Assembly: GCA_965261085.1 (NCBI GenBank)
Contig: OZ253442.1
Coordinates: 992,001 to 1,056,000 of the forward strand
Source: a bacterium
Lineage (GTDB): Bacteria; UBA8248
DNA length: 64,000 nt
Direction: 5' to 3'
Shown one piece after another: positions 9,336-19,636 of this stretch. Each line of letters opens with the position of its first letter. Positions within the stretch are counted from its first letter, which is position 1. The notes below the pieces were generated by a model, which saw nothing but the letters and a program-made list of their open reading frames with translations, did no database searches and was not told the origin of the DNA. A program made the position numbers and the translations under genes.

Positions 9336-9825
9336 TCGCTCTTTCGTAAGCGTTGAGCGCAACGGCGGCTGGAAGTCTTGCTGAACTCGAAGCGGCCGCT
9401 GCGGAGGCGTCTTTCGCGCATTTACCATCCCACTGTAAGCAGCACCAGTCCCACCGAAGCAGTGCAGCCGGACAAGGTAAATGTGGGTCGAGATGAAAAA
9501 AATTGCAAACATTTTTTTTGGGGGGAAATCACCTGATTTTCCAGCCCTTTTGCGCCCGGAAAAAAGGTCGGTTTTCAGGCCGCTTTTTGCTCGGAATATC
9601 GGGGTTTCAACGGCGTTTAGCAGGCTGGTTTCTGGACGCGAAGCTGCACCGCACGAACGGTCGGGTCAAGCACCGTACTGGTCCAAAACGCTTTTCCGGG
9701 TTTTATCCCGGCCGGAACCCGGGGGTGTGAGACCCTGAGGAGCCGTTCGCTTCGAATGGCCGATGTGGTAGCGTAGCGAAACGGAATCATTGCGCCCTTA
9801 CCCGCCGGGAACGGGGATAGATGGC

Positions 9826-10668
9826 ATGCTGATGATCGACGCTCAGGTCCACGCCTATGAAAGGGATCTCCCGGGGCGGCCGTGGGCGGGCGTTCTGCCG
9901 GGACCGCCTGAGGTCACCGGCGACGGCATGGTCGCGGCCATGGATGCGGTCGGCGTCGACGCCGCCGTGTTGATCTCGCCGTTCGCCCTGTACCGCTACG
10001 ATGCCGGCTATGCGCTCGAGGTTCATGCCGCGCATCCGGGCCGGTTCGCCTTGATCAAGCCGGTCGACCCGACCGATCCCGCCGCGGCGGAAACGATCGA
10101 CGACTGGGCCACGCAGGAGGGGGCGGTGGGGGTCCGGATCATGCTGAACCCCGGCCTGCCCCTCGATCCGCACCATCCGGGCATCGACCGGGTTCTCGCC
10201 GCCGCCGCCCGCGCCTCACTGCCGGTCAATCTCATGTGCTGGGGCTTGCTGGAGCATGTCGCGCGGTATGCGCGCGAGCACCCGAGCACGATGCTGGTCA
10301 TCGATCACCTGGGCCTGCCGCAGCCTTTCGACCCGCCGGCGCCGCCTGAGCCCTTCGCCGACCTCCCCAAGCTCCTGGAGCTGGCGGCTCACGACAACGT
10401 GGCCGTGAAGATCACCGGCGCCTGCACGCTGTCCCGCGAACCCTACCCCTACGAGGATCTCTGGGACCCGCTCCGCCGGGTCTTCGACGCATTCGGTTTT
10501 GATCGGTGCCTGTGGGGCACCGACTGGACCCGCGCGGTCAATCTGCTGACCTACGAGCAGGGTGTCACGCCGTTCCGCCTCACGAACCGCCTGAGCGATG
10601 ACGAGCGCGCAGATCTCATGGGAGGCGCCTTGCAGCGGATATACAACTGGACGCCGGCGATCACCTAA
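9826..10668 (+). CDS. Amidohydrolase_2 family protein
   Basis: IDAQVH, VIDHLG, WGTDW. Confidence 0.88.
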   Translation: MLMIDAQVHAYERDLPGRPWAGVLPGPPEVTGDGMVAAMDAVGVDAAVLISPFALYRYDAGYALEVHAAHPGRFALIKPVDPTDPAAAETIDDWATQEGAVGVRIMLNPGLPLDPHHPGIDRVLAAAARASLPVNLMCWGLLEHVARYAREHPSTMLVIDHLGLPQPFDPPAPPEPFADLPKLLELAAHDNVAVKITGACTLSREPYPYEDLWDPLRRVFDAFGFDRCLWGTDWTRAVNLLTYEQGVTPFRLTNRLSDDERADLMGGALQRIYNWTPAIT

Positions 10669-10775
10669 TCGGTGGGGTCAATCCCTCATTCATCAATCGG
10701 GATTGACCCTTTGAGGGGTTTGCCGACCAAGAATGGTTTCAAGAGGGAATTATATACAATCTTACCCAAGCCGCT

Positions 10776-10919
10776 TTAGCTGGCGGACTTCTTGAGATTG
10801 TCCCATCGTTTCTTCGGCGGGCCTTGCATGATGGCGCGGGCCACGTTCTCGGGAGTGTCCGGTATCGGTGGCGGCATCTTCTTTTCGGGTGGGCGGCCTC
10901 TGAGGGGCTTCTTGTCTAT
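10776..10919 (-). CDS. Small Pro/Lys-rich ORF at the IS1595 end (ATA start after GGAGG, or ATG at 10877)
   Basis: Open frame IDKKPLRGRPPEKKMPPPIPDTPENVARAIMQGPPKKRWDNLKKSAS. Confidence 0.45.
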   Translation of the reverse strand: MDKKPLRGRPPEKKMPPPIPDTPENVARAIMQGPPKKRWDNLKKSAS

Positions 10920-10950
10920 GTCCTTCCCTCCACTTCCTTGTTATATAGTT

Positions 10951-11361
10951 TCAGTCTCCGCATACCATATCACTCCAATTGTCTTGACAGTAATTCTTGA
11001 TATTTGCTGGGGTATCTGGAGATTTTAGTAGCCCATCTCTGATTTTCTTGAGGATTTCAGATCGAACAGGTTGGTTGAGTATAACGATTTCCATTTCGAT
11101 ACATTCATCAATTTTATTGCTGTCACTAAATTTTGCATCTATATAATTTATTACAGTCTTGCGGTAAATAAAGGAATGATCCCCCTCATTAAGAATGACG
11201 GTTTCATCCGAACCAAATCTGTGAGAAGTCATGTTTACTATTACAACCTTGGGAGGATCCCCATCATCAGGGTCTGTGAGAACGATCCATAGGTGGCGGT
11301 GGGGGTCCGCTTGTTCGTGTTCGAGGGCTCTGCGAAAAGTGTCTCCGGATGATATCGGCAT
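10951..11361 (-). CDS. Putative toxin, PemK/MazF-like, partner of the Panacea antitoxin
   Basis: HLWIVLT, VVIVNMTS, DHSFI; start abuts the Panacea stop. Confidence 0.6.
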   Translation of the reverse strand: MPISSGDTFRRALEHEQADPHRHLWIVLTDPDDGDPPKVVIVNMTSHRFGSDETVILNEGDHSFIYRKTVINYIDAKFSDSNKIDECIEMEIVILNQPVRSEILKKIRDGLLKSPDTPANIKNYCQDNWSDMVCGD

Positions 11362-11919
11362 TTACGCACCAAACATACTATCGATATATCTACTTTCATC
11401 AAGCTCAACCTCGATTATGCTGGCTTCCATTTCGGTTTTCCCTCCGAACATCAAGATATCACGATATTCAATCCTGATCGCAGAACCTTTTGGATCTTGC
11501 CACTCTTCAAGATTTTTGTGGCACCAGTCCACAAGAGCCCATCTATCAAATTCTCCAAATTCATCGTAAATTTGTTCAAGGGTGTTCACCTCAGCTTCTG
11601 AGAGGCTATCCGTTGTGAAATCTTTATTTTTGATTGAAACCATGTAATTTTTGGGTTCAGCAATATGTTTTAACCAAAAAGAGTCAGCACCAGGAAGTGG
11701 ACCATCGGTTATCAAATCTTTGGTTCGACTCAAAATAGGACCTTTCGGTAAGGAATAATAATCATCAAAAGTGATGGGTCGCCCTCTCTCAAGGATTCTT
11801 TTGCGATCCGCAAGATACAAGAGCTTTATCAGCTTCATGTAACTCATGGTTCCGCCTTCTTTCTGGATCAGAATACATGCCGCCTGGGTCGCTTTGTCTT
11901 CCCGAAATTCAGGTTTCAT
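11362..11919 (-). CDS. Panacea (SocA/DUF4065) domain antitoxin
   Basis: MKLIKLLYLADR, GRPITFDDYYSLPKGP, LVDWCH, EW. Confidence 0.85.
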   Translation of the reverse strand: MKPEFREDKATQAACILIQKEGGTMSYMKLIKLLYLADRKRILERGRPITFDDYYSLPKGPILSRTKDLITDGPLPGADSFWLKHIAEPKNYMVSIKNKDFTTDSLSEAEVNTLEQIYDEFGEFDRWALVDWCHKNLEEWQDPKGSAIRIEYRDILMFGGKTEMEASIIEVELDESRYIDSMFGA

Positions 11920-12124
11920 CCTCTTGCCCCCCCAAGAGGTGTTGGGCGAACTTTCACACCGACACCGAGGCACGATATGTGCCTTCCTCTTGACACACCC
12001 TTCCCGGGTGTGCATAAATTTTTTTTGGGGTGTGAATTGCTTCTTGTTTTGTTGTTAATAAGTTCTTTAATTTTGCCATAAAAATCACAAAATGTCAAAC
12101 ACGTTAAACCCTTGGTGGTGTCTT

Positions 12125-13015
12125 CTACGCCACCAAGTCCTGATAGCGTAGCCTCTTGCCGTGCATGCCGAGAACCACGGATTCCATCTGGTTGATGGTG
12201 TCCATGGGGCGGATGTTATGGCGACCCGCGAACTCGGATACATATCGTTCAAGGTGCTTCTTGCTCATCTTGTGGAAAACGCCGTTGTGAGCGCGCTAGA
12301 GCATGGCCCAGAAGGATTCAACGCCGTTCGTATGGGCTTGCTTCTTCACGTATTCGCCGACGCTGTGCTTCACGGATTCATGGTCGAATCCTTGCATGCT
12401 TTGATATGAGGTATGGTCGTCGGTATACACCTTCGCTCCATCCTTCAGGTGGCGCTGGATGAATCCCTGCAAGGTGCTCTCGTCGGTCGATTCCACCACG
12501 CTCGCCTTGATTTTGTTCGTATCCCTATCTTTTACGCCTGCCACAATCGCCTTGTCAACGATTCCCCGGCCTTCCAGTTTCTCCCGCTTGGACTTCGGCA
12601 TGTTCTTGCGCTTGCCGCCCATGTAGGTCTCATCCACTTCTACGGGGCCGGAAAACAACCCGGCGTTGTCTCGCCACGTCTCCCGAATGCGGTGCGCCAT
12701 GTGCCACGCGCTCTTTTGCGTGATTCCAAGATCGCGGTGCAACTTCATGGATGATACGCCCTTGAGGTTCGTCGTGGAAAGGTAAATCGCAATCGCCCAC
12801 TTTTGAAGTCCGAGATTCGAGCCTTGCATGAGCGTTCCCGTCTTTACAGAAAAATCTTTGCGGCAATCGCGGCAACGGAAGGGCTGTGGCTTGTGGGTCT
12901 TTCGCTCTTGAACATTCAGGCTCCCGCATTCAGGGCAGCACACGCCAACGGGCCAGCGCGCCTTGATGAACCATGCCTCCGCCGTCTCGTCATCGGGAAA
13001 CATGCGGGTCAACTT
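12125..13015 (-). pseudogene. IS1595-family transposase with in-frame TAG (12296-12298) and N-terminus replaced by a repeat
   Basis: CPECGS/CRDC zinc finger, VEVDETY, VYTDD, HTNGVESFW; the frame continues after TAG as RAHNGVFHKMSKKHLERYVSEF to a stop at 12125. Confidence 0.9.
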
Positions 13016-13180
13016 CGACTGATGAAGGAGGAGTTGTCGCAGAAGCCGAGCGATTTGTGCGAAGGCTGATGCGTGGGGGGTGAATTCCGACTGAAGAAGG
13101 AGGAATTCTTCCAAGCGAGGAGCGAGGAATTGCGAACCGATGCTTTGCCGATCCGCGAGCAATCGCTCCTTCCTCAGTCG
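13016..13180. repeat. Dispersed palindromic repeat; 13073-13141 is an inverted copy of 2880-2948
   Basis: 69 bp with 2 mismatches; CGACTGAnGAAGGAG units occur in direct and inverted orientation. Confidence 0.85.
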
Positions 13181-13212
13181 CGATTGACAGGCAAGCTACG
13201 CGGGACGCGCGC

Positions 13213-14241
13213 TCACGAATCGATCAGAACCGGCGCTCGACCGACCACCCGGTTTTCCGAGAGGTCGGCCAGCGCCTTCTCCACCTCGGCCAGGGGGTAC
13301 GTCCCCGAAACGACCGGCTTCACCCGGCCCGACCCGACCCAGGCGGCGGCCTCGGCCAACTCCGCGCGATTCACGTAGCGCGAGCCGGTTACCGTGATCT
13401 CATCGTCCACGAAGCGGGTGGGGTCGCACGCGAAGACCGTTCCCGGCTGAAAGCCCACAACGACGAGGACGCCCGTCCTCGTCAGCGAAGCGAAGCTCTT
13501 CGGCAACGTCTGCTCCGTGCCCACGAACTCCAGCACGGCCTCGGCTCCCTTGCCGCCGGTGACCTCTCTCACGACCGCGGCGAAGTCCTCCTCCCGGCCG
13601 TTCACCGCGTGGTCTGCGCCCAGCTCCCGGGCCCGGGCGAGCTTGGCGTCGTCGATGTCCACCGCGATGACGCGCGCGCCGAAGGCCTTGGCGATCTGGA
13701 CGGCGTGAATTCCCACACCGCCGCAGGCGCCGACGACGACCACGTCATCCCCCGGGCGCACGCCCGCGCGCGTTTTGATGGCCTTGAGCGGGGTCGCCAC
13801 CGGGCTCACGATGGTCGTGGCCTCGGCGTACCCCACTCCTTCCGGAATGGCGCACAGGTTCCCCGCCGGGACCCGCACGTACTCGGCGTAGCCGCCGTCT
13901 TGATGCACCCCGAAGTAGCCCTGGAAATTCTCGCAGAGGGTCACCCGGCCGAGCAGGCAAAACCGGCACCGCCCGCAGGTGAGATAGGCGTGGACGACCG
14001 CGCGGGCGCCCTCCTCCCATCCCTCGACGCCCGGCCCCCGCGCGGCCACCTCGCCCGCGATCTCGTGCCCCATGATGAGGGGCAGCTTTCCGCCGATCCG
14101 GCCCGCGCGGATGGTCACGTCGAACTGATCCGGCGCGCAGGCGCGCACGCGCAGCACGACTTCTCCGATACCCGGCGCCGGGTCGGGCACCGTTTCGAGC
14201 GTCAGGGGACCTCCCCATTCATGCAGCACCATGGCCCGCAT
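13213..14241 (-). CDS. Zinc-binding alcohol dehydrogenase
   Basis: GHEIAG, CGRCRFC..C, GACGGVG. Confidence 0.9.
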   Translation of the reverse strand: MRAMVLHEWGGPLTLETVPDPAPGIGEVVLRVRACAPDQFDVTIRAGRIGGKLPLIMGHEIAGEVAARGPGVEGWEEGARAVVHAYLTCGRCRFCLLGRVTLCENFQGYFGVHQDGGYAEYVRVPAGNLCAIPEGVGYAEATTIVSPVATPLKAIKTRAGVRPGDDVVVVGACGGVGIHAVQIAKAFGARVIAVDIDDAKLARARELGADHAVNGREEDFAAVVREVTGGKGAEAVLEFVGTEQTLPKSFASLTRTGVLVVVGFQPGTVFACDPTRFVDDEITVTGSRYVNRAELAEAAAWVGSGRVKPVVSGTYPLAEVEKALADLSENRVVGRAPVLIDS

Positions 14242-14577
14242 CGGAGCCTCCTCTTTGGTCGGACAAAAATAACTGCGAATGGCCCGAAAAAACGACCCTT
14301 CCTCTCCTCCCGATGATTCTGGGGGGGATTTTAGGAGAATCGTACTATTTTCGCAATAATCGGATCGGGCGACCAGCCTTCGGCGGCGCCTCGCTCCGCG
14401 GCCCGTGCGGCGAGGGCCATCACGAACAGGGGATCGCGCAGGTGGAAGCGCGACAGGGAAACGGCGTCCGTGAACAGCGGCGGATCGAAACCGAGGTCAT
14501 AGGCGCTTTATGAATTTCAGATATTCGGGTGTCGGCGTGAATTCGTTCCACCTCCCTGCGCGCAGACGCTTCTTCTC

Positions 14578-14640
14578 CGCCGAATTCATGAAAATATCGA
14601 TAAATATAGATAAATTCACGATGGTTTTCGATAAATAAAT
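14578..14640. repeat. AT-rich dispersed repeat; related copy near 55416-55468
   Basis: Shared CGCCGAATT..TGAAAATATCGATAAATA..CACG..GTTTT(T)CGATAAATAAAT. Confidence 0.6.
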
Positions 14641-14764
14641 CTCTCGAATCCGCCCCCGAAGCGGGCGCACCTCCCTCCGCGTTCGATACTTTGCCGAGTA
14701 TACGGGTTCTCAAGCGAGCGCCGCACCGGCAAATGCGGGAAATTGCGGGGAAATGCGCGGGAAG

Positions 14765-15793
14765 TTATCCGAAGAACAGCTCCGCGGCGCCGAAGAAGTC
14801 CTCCCGCAGCGTGTTCACCTTGCCGAGGACTTTTTCCAGCGCCACCGGATTGATATCGCGTCCCTGCAGCGCCGCCATGACGCCCCAGGTTCCCTCGTGC
14901 GCGAGTTCGCTCGCCCGCACGCCCAGGCGCGTCGCCAGCACCCGGTCGTAGGGCACGGGCGAGCCGCCTCGCTGGATGTGCCCCAGGATGACGGCGCGCG
15001 TATCCACGTTCATCCTGTCCCCGATTTGCTGGGCGAGGTATTCGCCGACGCCGCCGAGCTGCACGTGCCCGAACTCATCGACCGCCTCGCTGCGCGTGAT
15101 GTAGTTGTCTATCCCTTCGGGCCTTGCGCCCTCGGCCACGACCACGTTGGCGAAGTTGCGCCCGCGTGCGAAGCGCGCCTTGAGAACAGAGACCACCTCA
15201 TCGATATTGAAGGGCCGCTCGGGCACGAGGATGAGGTCCGCGCCGCCGGCGATTCCCGCATAGGTGGCGAGCCAGCCCGAGTGGCGTCCCATGACTTCCA
15301 GGATGATGACGCGGTCGTGCGCCTCCGCCGTGGTGCGCAGGCGGTCGATGGCGTCGGTGATGACGCCGACGGCGGTGTGGAAGCCGAACGAGTAGTCCGT
15401 GAAGCCGATGTCGTTGTCTATCGTCTTGGGTACGCTGATGACGTTCATGCCTTCGGTGTTCAGGAAGGCGGCGACGCTCAGCGTATCATCTCCCCCGATG
15501 GCGATGAGGCCGTCGATGCGCGATGCGCGCCAGTTTTCCTTGAGTTGTTCGAGCATGGCCGGGTCTTTTGTGGGGTTCGTTCTCGAGGAGCCCAGAATGG
15601 TGCCCCCCTTGTCGAGGATGCCGGAGATCATCGGGCCCGTGATTTCGACGAAATCTCCCTCCACCAGGCCGCGCCAGCCCCGGCGGATGCCCAGCGTATG
15701 GCTCCCGCGATGAAAATTCGATGCCGTCACCGCGCGGATGACCGCGTTGAGGCCGGGGCAGTCTCCGCCCCCCGTCAATACGCCTAGCTTCAT
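14765..15793 (-). CDS. pfkA: 6-phosphofructokinase, PfkA family, PPi-type signature
   Basis: TGGGDCPGLN, GGDDT, PKTIDND, EVMGR, LGHIQRGG. Confidence 0.92.
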   Translation of the reverse strand: MKLGVLTGGGDCPGLNAVIRAVTASNFHRGSHTLGIRRGWRGLVEGDFVEITGPMISGILDKGGTILGSSRTNPTKDPAMLEQLKENWRASRIDGLIAIGGDDTLSVAAFLNTEGMNVISVPKTIDNDIGFTDYSFGFHTAVGVITDAIDRLRTTAEAHDRVIILEVMGRHSGWLATYAGIAGGADLILVPERPFNIDEVVSVLKARFARGRNFANVVVAEGARPEGIDNYITRSEAVDEFGHVQLGGVGEYLAQQIGDRMNVDTRAVILGHIQRGGSPVPYDRVLATRLGVRASELAHEGTWGVMAALQGRDINPVALEKVLGKVNTLREDFFGAAELFFG

Positions 15794-16146
15794 ATCTCGT
15801 GTTTCCTTCTGGTGAGGTGGGATTCATCTGCTTTTCGCATTCGCGGCATTTTATCACATCCGGGCTACGGTTGGGTGTTGGCCGCGTTACGATTGGGTGA
15901 ACGGCCATCTCTCGGTTTTCCTGCAAGAGGGCGATTCTACACAATATCGCTGCGTCTGAAAGGCCGCTCCCAGGCGGATCCCCAAAACGAAAATTTGGCG
16001 GCGCCCGCCTTTCATGTTAAAATCAATCCAAGTCGGAAAAGGTGAATACAAGCGCAAGATCCTGGGTGGATAGTGCGTCAGATGGGTCGTGGTCGGCCGC
16101 AGTTTCGTCTTGAGCGGCCGTTTCATCTCAACCGGAGGAGAGCATC

Positions 16147-17295
16147 ATGTCCAGCAACGAGTTTCATGAGCATCCCGAAATAATCATTCCCGAATCATCC
16201 GATCTAACGCGCAGGAGCTTCATCCAGACCCTTGGCGTCGCAGGCGCTGCGGCCATGGCGCCGATGGTGTTCACGACGCCCGAGGCAAGCGCCGCAAACT
16301 GGCCCGCGCGCCCTATCACGACCGTGGTGATGTACGCGGCGGGCGGGGGCACAGATACCGTCATCCGCACCCTGGTGGGAGAGATAGCGAAATCCACGGG
16401 CTGGGCCGTCAACGCCATCAACCGTCCCGGCTCGGTGGGAGGCGTGGCCACCCGCTACGTGCTCAACAAGGCGGCCGACGGCTACACGTGGCTGGGCGCT
16501 GCGAACTACAACAAGTTCGTCCGCCCGATGGGATACACGGATTCGGCGGCGTGGATTGACTGGCAACACTTCGCGGCGGCGACCTCGCTCGCGAGCTGGT
16601 CCGTGCGGCCCGATTCGCCCTTCAAGACCTTCAATGACGTGGTCGCCGCGGCCAAGAAGAAATCCGGCAAACTCACCATCTCGACATCGGGCGTGGGTAG
16701 CATCTGGCACGAAGTGGGCGCCATCGTCGCTGACGCCGCCGGAATCGAGTTGCGTTTCGTCCCCTATAAAGGCGGAAAACCGGCGACCGTCGCAGGTCTG
16801 CAGGGCGAGGTGGATATCGCGGGTGGCGGCGTGCACGAGCACGTCGAGTTCCTGCGGGCGGGCAAACTGCGCAACCTCATGCACACGGGTCCAAAGGATC
16901 TGGACATCCCGGACTACGGAAAGGCGTACACCATCGTCAACTACATACCCGCGCTCAAGGCCCTGACGCCCATGGGCGGAACCTACAGCATCGCAGTGAG
17001 GCGGCAGACGCCGGTCGAAGTGCTCAACAAGATAAAACCGGCGTGGATCGCGGCTTCCAAGTCCGAAGCCTTCGGGAAAATTGCGAAGCGCAAATACTTC
17101 CAGAGCGACATCCGCGTGGGCGCGGACGCGGATCGCCGGGCCGCGCAACTCGAGAGCCTGAGCGCCACTACCCTGTTGAAGTTGCAGAAGCACATTGGCA
17201 AAAAGGTGCGCGGACCCAAGGAACTCGGCCTTCCAGCTCCGAAGGATTTCGATGCCTGGTGGCCGCCCAAGGGATACAAACCCCGTATGAGCTAG
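16147..17295 (+). CDS. Tripartite tricarboxylate transporter substrate-binding protein (TctC/Bug) with Tat signal
   Basis: TRRSFI twin-arginine, WPARPIT, AAGGGTD, VPYKGG. Confidence 0.88.
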   Translation: MSSNEFHEHPEIIIPESSDLTRRSFIQTLGVAGAAAMAPMVFTTPEASAANWPARPITTVVMYAAGGGTDTVIRTLVGEIAKSTGWAVNAINRPGSVGGVATRYVLNKAADGYTWLGAANYNKFVRPMGYTDSAAWIDWQHFAAATSLASWSVRPDSPFKTFNDVVAAAKKKSGKLTISTSGVGSIWHEVGAIVADAAGIELRFVPYKGGKPATVAGLQGEVDIAGGGVHEHVEFLRAGKLRNLMHTGPKDLDIPDYGKAYTIVNYIPALKALTPMGGTYSIAVRRQTPVEVLNKIKPAWIAASKSEAFGKIAKRKYFQSDIRVGADADRRAAQLESLSATTLLKLQKHIGKKVRGPKELGLPAPKDFDAWWPPKGYKPRMS

Positions 17296-17312
17296 ACGGC
17301 TTATCGCACAGT

Positions 17313-17364
17313 GCCTGCCCCGAGCGGGGCCGCTCGAAAAGTGAGGCGGCCCGTTCGGGGAGGC
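17313..17364 (+). terminator. Intra-operon stem-loop after tctC
   Basis: GCCTGCCCCGAGCGGGGCCGC...GCGGCCCGTTCGGGGAGGC inverted repeat. Confidence 0.5.
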
Positions 17365-17402
17365 CGTATTCCTTTATTCTGTTTCTATGCCGAGAGAATT
17401 GC

Positions 17403-18020
17403 ATGGTTTCTTCGAACGACGATGACCGCAAGACCCATCCGCCTACAGAAGCCGCGGATGAGCCGGAAAGTTTCCCCGGCTCGGATGCCGCTACCCCGGG
17501 AAAGGACCTGGCGGTGGCGATCCTTGTGGGCGCCGTGGCGGTTCTCGCCATCATCCTCGGGCTGCTCATGCCCAACCCCGAGAAAAACATCTTCACCGCT
17601 CCGGGTTTCATGCCCATTCTGACGGGCTTGAGCCTGCTCGCCATGACCGTGGGGCTCGCAGTGAGCGCCCGCAAAAAGGGCGCCTGGGCGAAAATGGATT
17701 TCTCGCCCGGAGAATGGCTACGGGGCTATTTTTCCGATTATGAGAATCAATGGGCGCTCATCCTGATGGGCGTGGTGGTTTTCTATATATTTCTCATCGA
17801 TTGGGTGACGTTCGAGGTCGCGATCCCGCTGGGGATTGCGGGGTGGCGCTTCGGCTTCAGCAGCTTCGAGGCCGTAACCATACCCATGCTGGCGATCATA
17901 CTCCGCATCTTCTGGCCGAAGCCCTTTCTGCGGTGTTTCATCGTTTCTTTCGTGTCGACTATGGTTCTGGCCGCCGCGTTCCGCTACGGCTTCCGGATTC
18001 CGCTGCCGGGCTCGGGGTAG
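17403..18020 (+). CDS. TctB-like small permease
   Basis: Several TM helices, APGFMP and IPLP motifs; lies between tctC and tctA. Confidence 0.78.
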   Translation: MVSSNDDDRKTHPPTEAADEPESFPGSDAATPGKDLAVAILVGAVAVLAIILGLLMPNPEKNIFTAPGFMPILTGLSLLAMTVGLAVSARKKGAWAKMDFSPGEWLRGYFSDYENQWALILMGVVVFYIFLIDWVTFEVAIPLGIAGWRFGFSSFEAVTIPMLAIILRIFWPKPFLRCFIVSFVSTMVLAAAFRYGFRIPLPGSG

Positions 18021-18023
18021 GCT

Positions 18024-19505
18024 ATGTTTTTCATCGATCAGCTCATCCACGCCCTAAACCCGTATCTGGTGCTCATCTGCGCTCTGGGCACCATACTGGG
18101 ACTGCTCTGGGGGTCGATGCCGGGCATCTCCACGACCATGTCCATGGTGCTCCTTATCGGCCTCTCCACCCAGATGAGCCAGGACGTGGCCATCATGTTC
18201 CTGCTGGGCGTGTATACGGCAAGCGTTTTCGGTGGTTCGATCACCGCGGTGCTCATCAACATTCCCGGCACGCCCGCCGCCGTTCCCACCATGATCGAGG
18301 GGTACCCCCTGGCCCAAAGGGGGGAGGGCGGACTGGCGCTGGGCACCGCCCTGGTGGCTTCGTTTCTCGGGAACTGGGTGGGCATCCTGCTCCTGGTGGC
18401 GTTCATTCCCCTCATTCTCCTCATCGCCCTGCAGTTCCGCTCCTGGGAAATGTTCCTTCTCGCCCTGTGGGGAATCGCCATTTGCGGAACGCTCACATCG
18501 GGCGAGGCGCCCCTCAAGGGCTGGATATCCGGCTGGCTGGGGCTTCTCATCGCCTACGTCGGGCTCGACAACATATACGGCGTTCCGCGCTTCACCTTCG
18601 GGAGCGTGCTGTTAGAGGACGGCATCAGCTACATCCCGGTGATCATCGGCTTTTTCGGCTTGACCGAGGTTCTCTGGGTGCTGCCCCAGAAAGAACCATC
18701 CGCGATTCCCGAGAAGGTAGACCGGGTGGTGCCCCCCTTCTCCATGCTGTGGCGCTACGCGCGCTCATCGGTGCGCTCGGGCATCATCGGCACGGTGATA
18801 GGCGCCATCCCCGGAGCGGGCGGCAACATCGCCGCCTTCGTCGCCTACGACGTGGGCAAGCGCCGGGCCAGCCCAGAGGAGCGCGCGAAATTCGGCAAGG
18901 GGAGTTACGAGGGCATCGTGTGCGCCGAGGTGGCGAACAACGCGTGCATCGGCGGAACCATTCTCCCCACGCTGACGCTCGGCATTCCGGGCAGTCCGCC
19001 CGCCGCCGCCTTCATGGCTGCTCTCGAACTCAAGCACGTGGTGATGGGTCCCACCATCAACATCGAGAATCCCGGCCTCATCTACTTCATCTACGGGGCG
19101 CTCATCGTTGCCAACTTCCTGATGTACGTGTTCGGCCTCCTGCTGGTGAGGCCGGCGATCAAGCTCTACAGCCTGCCGCGCACCTTGTTGATGCCCATCA
19201 TCATCCCTATCTGCATCCTGGGGGCGTACGCGGTGCGCCTGAGTATGTTCGACGTCTACGTGATGCTGGCCGCAGGCTTCGTCGGTTACTTTCTGAGGAG
19301 CATCGGTCTTCCGCTGGCGCCCATGGTTCTGGCCGTTATCCTGGGATCGCTGGCTGATGAGAACCTACGCCGCGCCCTGATCACCTTTGAGAACAAGCCG
19401 TTCTGGTATTTTCTCTCAAGCCCCATCGCCACCCTTCTGATGGCCGTCTCCGTGTTCACCTTCTACGACGGTATCTTCCGCAGAGGGCGCGCGAAGAAGA
19501 CCTGA
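18024..19505 (+). CDS. TctA large permease
   Basis: GGSITAVLINIPGTP, EVANNA, PTLTLGIPG. Confidence 0.92.
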   Translation: MFFIDQLIHALNPYLVLICALGTILGLLWGSMPGISTTMSMVLLIGLSTQMSQDVAIMFLLGVYTASVFGGSITAVLINIPGTPAAVPTMIEGYPLAQRGEGGLALGTALVASFLGNWVGILLLVAFIPLILLIALQFRSWEMFLLALWGIAICGTLTSGEAPLKGWISGWLGLLIAYVGLDNIYGVPRFTFGSVLLEDGISYIPVIIGFFGLTEVLWVLPQKEPSAIPEKVDRVVPPFSMLWRYARSSVRSGIIGTVIGAIPGAGGNIAAFVAYDVGKRRASPEERAKFGKGSYEGIVCAEVANNACIGGTILPTLTLGIPGSPPAAAFMAALELKHVVMGPTINIENPGLIYFIYGALIVANFLMYVFGLLLVRPAIKLYSLPRTLLMPIIIPICILGAYAVRLSMFDVYVMLAAGFVGYFLRSIGLPLAPMVLAVILGSLADENLRRALITFENKPFWYFLSSPIATLLMAVSVFTFYDGIFRRGRAKKT

Positions 19506-19636
19506 GGGTGGTGAGCTCGGGTATGCCCGCGCGATTGACATTTTCGGGTCAAGTGATAGCATCTTCGAATATCATTCGCAAAACCATGAGCGGCGGTTTC
19601 ATCGCGCTCGCCGAGTAACGGCTTGGGAGATGAGGA

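Larger units (their letters stand above)
10746..13015 (-). mobile_element. Degenerate IS1595-family element carrying passenger genes; one end lost
   Basis: Candidate end GGAATTATATAC at 10746; transposase followed by co-oriented low-GC passenger genes. Confidence 0.6.

Noticed and set aside
12296-12298. Pyrrolysine or amber read-through in the IS1595 transposase
   Set aside because: TAG replaces the expected Lys of LKR by one substitution (AAG to TAG), and the gene is also 5'-truncated, so it is a pseudogene
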